Source: Syntrophorhabdaceae bacterium
Lineage (GTDB): Bacteria > Desulfobacterota > Syntrophorhabdia > Syntrophorhabdales > Syntrophorhabdaceae
Reading direction: 5' to 3'
NCBI GenBank assembly: GCA_963665295.1
Contig: OY762209.1
Location: 1,120,001-1,184,000 of the forward strand
Length of the DNA: 64,000 bases
The notes beneath the pieces were generated by a model. That model did not search any database. It saw only the letters and a program-made list of their open reading frames with translations, and had not been told where the DNA came from. The translations under genes and the position numbers were made by a program. Of this stretch, positions 58,032 through 64,000 are shown piece after piece; the stretch's first letter is position 1; each line of letters opens with the position of its first letter.

Positions 58032-59330
58032 ATGAGAATCCTTCTTGTTAACCCTCCCAATTGCGGGCGCAGTATCCCCGAGGAGCAGTACGGCATTGAC
58101 TCCTTAAAGCTGATTTTGCGGGGAGAGCCCCTGTCTCTTGAAGTCCTTGCGGGCAACCTCGACGGGCATGAGGTGAAGATCATCGACCTCAAGGCGGAGC
58201 CTGCCGATGCGTTCAGGGAGGTCCTTGCAGCCTTCAATCCCCAGGTTGTGGGGATTACCGGCGTCACGTGCGAGGCGAACACCATGTTGACCCTGGCTTC
58301 CGAGGTAAAGGCGACGATGAAGGCAACGGTTGTCGTCGGAGGTGTTCATGCAAGCAACGATCCGTATTTCTTTAACAAACCCGACATAGACTATATAGTG
58401 GTGGGCCTCGGAAAGCAGAGCTTCAGGGAATTGATCGCCGCCCTGGAATCAGGGGGCCCGGCAGACGCGATCCCCGGCATTGCAAAGACCGATCCCCGCA
58501 ATACACTTTCCTTTGTGCCGCGGACCTATTCCCCCGCTGATCTTGTGGAGGAAAAACCTCCCCGCTATGATCTGGTGAGCCGATACCGCGAACATTACGT
58601 GCTGCCGTCCCTCGGTTTCAAGCTGGGGTCGGTGTCCGCCGCGTCCGGCTGTCCTCACCGGTGCGCGTTCTGTTCCATCGAAAAGATGACGGGAGGCCGT
58701 TATCTGACCGGCAGCCCGGAGGCGGTTGTCCGGGACATGGGGCTCCTCGGGGACATCCCCGTCATACGTCTTGTGGACGCCAATACCTTCGGAAACGTGT
58801 CCCAGGCGCGGGAATTGTGTCGAAAGATCGTGGAGGCGGGGATACGCAAGAATTACGTGGCCGATGTGCGGTCCGACACGGTGGTGCGTCACCCCGATCT
58901 TTTCATGGAATGGAAGAAGGCGGGACTGCGCTCGGTAATCGTCGGCTTCGAGGAGATAGATGACGGGAGACTCAAGGAGATGGGGAAGGAAAACACCGCT
59001 TCCGTGAACGCGGAGGCGATCGGGGTGCTCCATGAAATAGGCATCACCATCGTGGGCGATTTCATAATCTCTCCTGACTGGGACGAAGACCGGTTTCAGG
59101 AGATGAGAGGTTATCTGGAGAAGAACCCGGTGGACCTGCCCATGTTTTCGGTCCTTACGCCTCTGCCCGGAACCCCGCTTTTTGAATCGCTCAAGGAGAA
59201 GATCACCGTCCATGACCTCGATTACTACACCCTTACAAATGCGGTATTCCCCACGAGGATGGGTGAAAAAGCGTTTTATGAAAACTATGCGGGCCTTATG
59301 AAGTCGGGTCATGCCGGAGCAAAACTATGA
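58032..59330 (+). CDS. B12-binding radical SAM protein
   Basis: RILLVNP, PLSL..LA, VVGG.H, SGCPHRCAFCS, G.E, TPLPGT. Confidence 0.93.
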   Translation: MRILLVNPPNCGRSIPEEQYGIDSLKLILRGEPLSLEVLAGNLDGHEVKIIDLKAEPADAFREVLAAFNPQVVGITGVTCEANTMLTLASEVKATMKATVVVGGVHASNDPYFFNKPDIDYIVVGLGKQSFRELIAALESGGPADAIPGIAKTDPRNTLSFVPRTYSPADLVEEKPPRYDLVSRYREHYVLPSLGFKLGSVSAASGCPHRCAFCSIEKMTGGRYLTGSPEAVVRDMGLLGDIPVIRLVDANTFGNVSQARELCRKIVEAGIRKNYVADVRSDTVVRHPDLFMEWKKAGLRSVIVGFEEIDDGRLKEMGKENTASVNAEAIGVLHEIGITIVGDFIISPDWDEDRFQEMRGYLEKNPVDLPMFSVLTPLPGTPLFESLKEKITVHDLDYYTLTNAVFPTRMGEKAFYENYAGLMKSGHAGAKL

Positions 59331-59346
59331 AGAGGCGCACGACCTG

Positions 59347-60495
59347 ATGGATGCATATATTACCGACATTTCAGCCTTTCTTCCCAACGCCCCCGTCTCG
59401 AACGACGAGATCGACCAGGTGTTGGGCGTGGTCAACCGCATGCCGACGAGGATCAAGAATATCATCCTGGCGAGCAACAATATCCAGACAAGGTATTATG
59501 CGGTCGATCCCGCTACGGGCGAGGCCACCCACACCAACGTGCAGCTTACCGCCGAGGCGGTACGGCGCCTCATGCCCTATGAAGGGTTCGGCCTCGACCA
59601 TATAGAATGTCTCTGCTGCGGGACATCCACCCCGGACCAGTTAATGCCCGGACACGGCTTGATGGTCCACGGCGAGCTGAAAAGCAGCCCCTGCGAGGTG
59701 GTGAGCACCACAGGCATTTGCCTGTCAGGGGTGACCGCCCTGAAATACGGCTACATGAACGTGGCCCTCGGCCTGACGAAAAACGCCGTGGCAACAGGGT
59801 CGGACCTTGCGTCGTCCTTTACGAGGGCGCAATTTTTTGAAGGGGTAAAGCAGAAGAAGGAGGCTTTTCTCAAGAAGGACAAGCTCATGCCTTTTGACAC
59901 GGCTTTCCTCAGATGGATGCTTTCCGACGGCGCAGGCGCGGTGTTTATGACAAGCGACCCCGTCCCCGGCAAGCCCGCCCTGCGAATAGACTGGATCGAG
60001 CACCTCTCCTATGCCGGGGAGTTTGAAACCTGCATGTACGCGGGGACAAAGAAAAACGCCGACGGCGTCATGACCGGCTGGCGTAATTTCCCCTCCCTGC
60101 AAAATGCCGTGGAAGAAGGGGCCTTTCTTATAAAACAGGATGTGAAGCTGTTAAACCGTGAAGCCCTGCAGGTTGCGGTGGAAAGAACCCTGCCCCACGT
60201 AGTGAAAAAACACGGCCTTTCTGCCCGTGAGGTCGATTGGTTCCTGCCCCACTATTCCTCCGAGTATTTCAGGATGAAATTCTACGAATACATGAAAAAC
60301 GCCCACTTCGAGATCCCCCTGGACAAGTGGTTTTCGAATCTCACCTATAAAGGAAATACGGGGGCCGCGTCAATCTATATCATTATGGAAGAACTGTTCC
60401 ATTCAGGGAGGATACAAAGAGGGGAGAAGGTCCTCTGCTTTGTTCCGGAAAGCGGCAGGTTCTCCATGTGTTACATGATGCTCACGGCCGTATAA
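59347..60495 (+). CDS. darB: StlD/DarB-family beta-ketoacyl-ACP synthase III
   Basis: FLPN.PV.N...VLG, DQ.MPGH..MVHGEL, catalytic G.C, FLRWMLSDGAGA, LPHYSS..F, GNTGAASI, VPESGRF. Confidence 0.85.
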   Translation: MDAYITDISAFLPNAPVSNDEIDQVLGVVNRMPTRIKNIILASNNIQTRYYAVDPATGEATHTNVQLTAEAVRRLMPYEGFGLDHIECLCCGTSTPDQLMPGHGLMVHGELKSSPCEVVSTTGICLSGVTALKYGYMNVALGLTKNAVATGSDLASSFTRAQFFEGVKQKKEAFLKKDKLMPFDTAFLRWMLSDGAGAVFMTSDPVPGKPALRIDWIEHLSYAGEFETCMYAGTKKNADGVMTGWRNFPSLQNAVEEGAFLIKQDVKLLNREALQVAVERTLPHVVKKHGLSAREVDWFLPHYSSEYFRMKFYEYMKNAHFEIPLDKWFSNLTYKGNTGAASIYIIMEELFHSGRIQRGEKVLCFVPESGRFSMCYMMLTAV

Positions 60496-60769
60496 GGGCC
60501 GTCTGTTTTCTCACATAATCCGCCAGCGTTTTCAATGACCTGAATATCTTGCGCGTCGTTTCCTGCGAACCTATGCGGATATGGTATCTTTTCTCCACCG
60601 CCACCACAATCTCCACCGCGTCAAGGGAATCGAGTCCGAGGGCCGATTCGGGGCCAATGAGCGGATCATCGGGAGACAGGTCTTCCGGTACGGGATCGGT
60701 TATATTGCACACCTCAACGATCATTTCAAGCAATTCCTTTTCAAGTCCATCCTTTTTAACCGATTTCAT
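60482..60769 (-). CDS. Acyl carrier protein
   Basis: LGLDSLDAVEIVV phosphopantetheine site; acidic 95 aa; 3' end overlaps darB by 14 bp. Confidence 0.92.
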   Translation of the reverse strand: MKSVKKDGLEKELLEMIVEVCNITDPVPEDLSPDDPLIGPESALGLDSLDAVEIVVAVEKRYHIRIGSQETTRKIFRSLKTLADYVRKQTALIRP

Positions 60770-60786
60770 GCCGTTTCCCCTTGTTC

Positions 60787-62148
60787 TTAATGTATGTGAA
60801 GCCTTCCCCGCTTGAACATATAAAACCATGCCGTGAGAATTGTGAAAACAAAAAAGAGAAGCATCGACCCCACCTCAGGGAGTATTGACCCTATGCCGCC
60901 GCCCCGGACGAAGACCGTGAGGAATGCGTTGAGACCCCAGGAAAGGGGCGAAAAGAGGCTTATGCTTTGCATGACCTTCGGCATCACATAGACGGGCACC
61001 ATGATCCCCCCGAGGGCCGCGGCAATCACCACGGAGACGGCGCCGAAGGTGGAGGCCTGCTCGTAGGTCCTTGCAATCGTGCCGAGCAGGATGCCGTACC
61101 CGGAGGCGGCGAGGGATGCGCTAAGGGCAATGAGGATGAGGGCCGCATAGGAGGACCCCACCTCCAGGGCAGGGGCTCCAAGCATGGGGAGCAGGGCCTT
61201 TCCAACCCCCATGATGAGGGCGAATTGCACCATGCAGATAATGACATATGCCATGACCTTGCCGGATATGATGGTCAGGTACGATATGGGCATGGTGAGG
61301 AGACGGGCCAGCATCCCGTCCTGCCGTTCCCTTATCAGGGCGGCCCCGAGGGGGACCACGATGAAGAACATGCCGAAGAGCGTCCATGCGGGCACGTTCT
61401 GCTGCACCGTGGTGGGGACCTTCGCCGTATCGCCATACCCGGCTATTTCCTCTTTCACCGCCACAATGGGCCTGTTGTCCCAATTAATGCGAACCCGGGG
61501 GATCGCTTTCCTGAACTCGTCAGACCACATGGAACCCATGGCCTTTCTGCTCACCGCCTCCATCTCTTCCGGGAAAAGCTCGGATAAGACCTTCATCTTT
61601 TCGCCGGCCTCCATGCCCAGGATTACCTTCTCGAGGGCGCTCTTAACCCCCGCCCTGAAGGTCTCCCTCAGGGTCGGATCGAAATAGACAAAGAGGGGAA
61701 GGGCCTCTCCCGGCGTCCCGGCCTTCGGTTTACTCTTGTCGCTCCCGATGGAGAAGGAATTCTTTCCGCTCTCCCTCGTCTTCTTCGTGAAAGCTTCGGT
61801 GGTCCCCTGGGGGACGACGATGCAAAGGGGGAAATCTCCTTTTGCCACCGCCTTTTTTGCGGTCTCCACGTCAAATGCCTTGCCTTTGATCTTCGATACG
61901 ATCTTTACCGTGCCCGACTTGAGCAAAGCCTCTTTCAGGCTCCGGCCCACAAATTGCCCGTCCATGTCTATGAAGAGGACCTCCGTCTTTGTCTCCCCCA
62001 TGGATTTAAGCACGTTCTCCTGGACGAGGGTCACCACAACCACGAGGACCACGGGCATGACAAAGAGCACGAGAAGTCCCGCAAAATCGCGCCCCAGGAG
62101 GGTAAGCTCCTTTCTTATGGAGGACAGGAGTTTCAGTATGGAAGCCAT
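60787..62148 (-). CDS. ABC-2 type exporter permease
   Basis: KE...L.RD......LF.MP, QQNVPAW.LF.MFF, ER..G...RL...P, A.GG..VP...MP, SPL.W. Confidence 0.92.
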   Translation of the reverse strand: MASILKLLSSIRKELTLLGRDFAGLLVLFVMPVVLVVVVTLVQENVLKSMGETKTEVLFIDMDGQFVGRSLKEALLKSGTVKIVSKIKGKAFDVETAKKAVAKGDFPLCIVVPQGTTEAFTKKTRESGKNSFSIGSDKSKPKAGTPGEALPLFVYFDPTLRETFRAGVKSALEKVILGMEAGEKMKVLSELFPEEMEAVSRKAMGSMWSDEFRKAIPRVRINWDNRPIVAVKEEIAGYGDTAKVPTTVQQNVPAWTLFGMFFIVVPLGAALIRERQDGMLARLLTMPISYLTIISGKVMAYVIICMVQFALIMGVGKALLPMLGAPALEVGSSYAALILIALSASLAASGYGILLGTIARTYEQASTFGAVSVVIAAALGGIMVPVYVMPKVMQSISLFSPLSWGLNAFLTVFVRGGGIGSILPEVGSMLLFFVFTILTAWFYMFKRGRLHIH

Positions 62149-62912
62149 CAATCCCTCAGTTGTTTTCCCGTGAGTCTGATGAAGAGGTCCTCCAAATCGG
62201 CGCACCCCGGAATACGGTGAACGAGGTCTCCCGGAGGCCCTTCCGCAATGATGGAGCCCGCATCCATGATGGCCACATAGGTGCAGAGCTGCTCCGCTTC
62301 CTCCATGTAGTGGGTGGTATAGACCATGGTAATCCTGTCCTTCAGGATCGTGAGCCTCTCAAGAATGAGATTGCGCGATTGAGGGTCGATCCCGACTGTC
62401 GGCTCGTCGAGAAAGAGAAGCTTCGGACTCTGGAGAATGCCCGCCGCGAGATTCGCCCGCCGTTTCATCCCCCCCGAATAGGTAAAGACGCGCTCGTCGG
62501 CGCTCTCCTCGAGGCCGACCAGTTCAATGGAATCTCGGACCCTCGTTTCAAGGGCTTTGCCCTGCAATCCGTACATGCGGCCGAAAAACATGAGGTTTTC
62601 CCGGGCCGTGAGGTTCTGATAGAGGGCAACCTCCTGGGGAACGTAACCGATGAGCTTCCTCACCTGTGTGGGATACCGGACCACGTCTATTCCGCACACG
62701 GTGACGCTCCCGCCGGTCGGTCGGAGCAGGGTGTTCATGATGGAGATGGCGGTTGTCTTGCCTGCCCCGTTCGGGCCGAGGAGGCCGAAGACCGCGCCTT
62801 CCCTGATCGAGATATCGATCCCGTTCAACGCGGGCCGGGACGCACCCCGATAGACCTTGACGAGGTTGCGCGCTTCGAGGATCGTTCCTCCGGAGGGCTC
62901 CCGATCCGTCAC
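62148..62912 (-). CDS. ABC exporter ATP-binding protein
   Basis: GPNGAGKTT, YSGGMKRR, LDEPTVGIDPQSR, YTTHYMEEAE; GTGA overlap with the upstream gene. Confidence 0.95.
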   Translation of the reverse strand: MTDREPSGGTILEARNLVKVYRGASRPALNGIDISIREGAVFGLLGPNGAGKTTAISIMNTLLRPTGGSVTVCGIDVVRYPTQVRKLIGYVPQEVALYQNLTARENLMFFGRMYGLQGKALETRVRDSIELVGLEESADERVFTYSGGMKRRANLAAGILQSPKLLFLDEPTVGIDPQSRNLILERLTILKDRITMVYTTHYMEEAEQLCTYVAIMDAGSIIAEGPPGDLVHRIPGCADLEDLFIRLTGKQLRD

Positions 62913-63922
62913 CGGAGCACTTCCTGCAGATCCTTGTAAAGGGCCTGCTCTTTGTTTCCGCAATCATGGAGAATATGGGCGAGACGATCGAAATTGTCCC
63001 CGTCCGTTGACCTGTTCTTGCAGATCCGCGCGCCGAAGAGGGCGAATTCCCTCCATCTGTCTCCCACATCCGTCATTCTTCGGGAAAGGCCCAGGAGGTC
63101 CTTATTGTCCATTATGCCGGCGGCTTCCTGCAGGAAAGCGGCGTACATAAGGCGAAATCCGCCTCCCCCCGTGCCGATTTCCTCCTGCATCCGGATCGTG
63201 TGGCCCAGATAAAGCACGGCTTTTCGTTTTCCGTATTTTACCGGCCATGTTGCAACCTTTTTCCCGAGAAGCCTGATTCCCCTCACGCCGATGAGAGGAA
63301 TTGGTGTTTTGACCATAACCCGGCAGGTTTCCTTGATCCCTGCCCTTATTGCCCGGGGCAGGTCGATCTGCGACGGAATCTCCGTGAGATAATACATCTT
63401 CCCTTTCGGGGCGAGCACGCCTTCGGAGAACCGGGCTTTCATGAGGTCTTCCCTGGAACAGGTAACGGGTTCATCGAAAACAGGATCGCTTATGAGGTAG
63501 TCCGTTCCCTTCCTGCCGTATGCGATGAGGGTGTGGGCGTTGAAATGGAATCTCAATGCGTCGGGAAAGTAGGGAAGCCAGTAGATGCCCGCCTGGAGAC
63601 CTACGGGGATACCCTTGTCGAGCATGGCATCGAGGGCGTCCATCGCCTTTTCGGGGTCCTTGAATCTGGAGCTTCGGACGGAGACCCTGAGACGTCTTGC
63701 GGTATTCCTGATGATCCTTCCAGGCGCGTTCCGGAACGTAATGAGGGGGAGTCCGTGAACCTTGATGAAGGGAAAGTACCCGAAAAAGAGGCCTGATCCG
63801 ATGCCGAAGGCAAGGGCCTCCGAGATGTTCACGCCATAACCGGAGAGGAGGTTGGAGGTGGAACCGCTCTCGCAGTGAGCCGACTGGCGGTGAACGAAAT
63901 CCGCTCTTAACGTGTTCGACAT
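62909..63922 (-). CDS. BtrH N-terminal/DUF4872 papain-like protein
   Basis: H.QSAHCESG, SE...FGIG.GL.F.Y, FHFNAH, SDPV, MQEEIGTGGGGFR..YAAFL. Confidence 0.88.
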   Translation of the reverse strand: MSNTLRADFVHRQSAHCESGSTSNLLSGYGVNISEALAFGIGSGLFFGYFPFIKVHGLPLITFRNAPGRIIRNTARRLRVSVRSSRFKDPEKAMDALDAMLDKGIPVGLQAGIYWLPYFPDALRFHFNAHTLIAYGRKGTDYLISDPVFDEPVTCSREDLMKARFSEGVLAPKGKMYYLTEIPSQIDLPRAIRAGIKETCRVMVKTPIPLIGVRGIRLLGKKVATWPVKYGKRKAVLYLGHTIRMQEEIGTGGGGFRLMYAAFLQEAAGIMDNKDLLGLSRRMTDVGDRWREFALFGARICKNRSTDGDNFDRLAHILHDCGNKEQALYKDLQEVLR

Positions 63923-64000
63923 CTACGGCACCTCCACGAGTTGCGCCACGGTTATTTTGAAGATATTCGCATAGCGCTCAAGCAGGGCCGGGCTAAGGCG
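63923..64000 (-). CDS. C-terminal part of a small conserved protein (continues beyond the window)
   Basis: RLSPALLERYANIFKITVAQLVEVP*, stop adjacent to the BtrH-like ATG; resembles small proteins of flexirubin/DAR clusters (recalled, not searched). Confidence 0.55.
   Translation of the reverse strand, partial: RLSPALLERYANIFKITVAQLVEVP

Overview
GC-rich bacterial chromosome segment, probably from an anaerobic Desulfobacterota/Syntrophorhabdus-like organism (inferred from gene content). From left to right: a frameshifted Y1/RAYT transposase stub; an HDOD gene; a small accessory operon centred on an RNAP alpha-CTD + sigma70 region-4 fusion protein; kup; a compact futalosine menaquinone operon (mqnE-A-C-D-B); palindromic and 80-bp repeats; a cobalamin-riboswitch-controlled anaerobic corrin operon (cobD-cobQ fusion, cbiB-A-C-X-M-N-Q-O-D-E-L-F-G-H-J); a higA pseudogene; a yybP-ykoY riboswitch ahead of a TMEM165/GDT1 exporter; pldA and two hydrolases; an intact IS256 with 9-bp target duplication; ppnP, class I fumarase and a VIT-vWA protein; a type I-C CRISPR-Cas locus (95 repeats and 94 spacers by manual count); and the edge of a dialkylresorcinol/flexirubin-type cluster. 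The strongest novelty candidate is the CRISPR locus. Its AT-richer, divergent cas3-cas5-cas8c-cas7 module has a ~120-aa foreign domain inserted in Cas8c, a four-helix-bundle gene lies at the junction with cas4-cas1-cas2, a strand-biased ~190-nt hairpin lies upstream, and the array holds re-acquired spacers against variant protospacers. All calls were made by eye; no searches were run.
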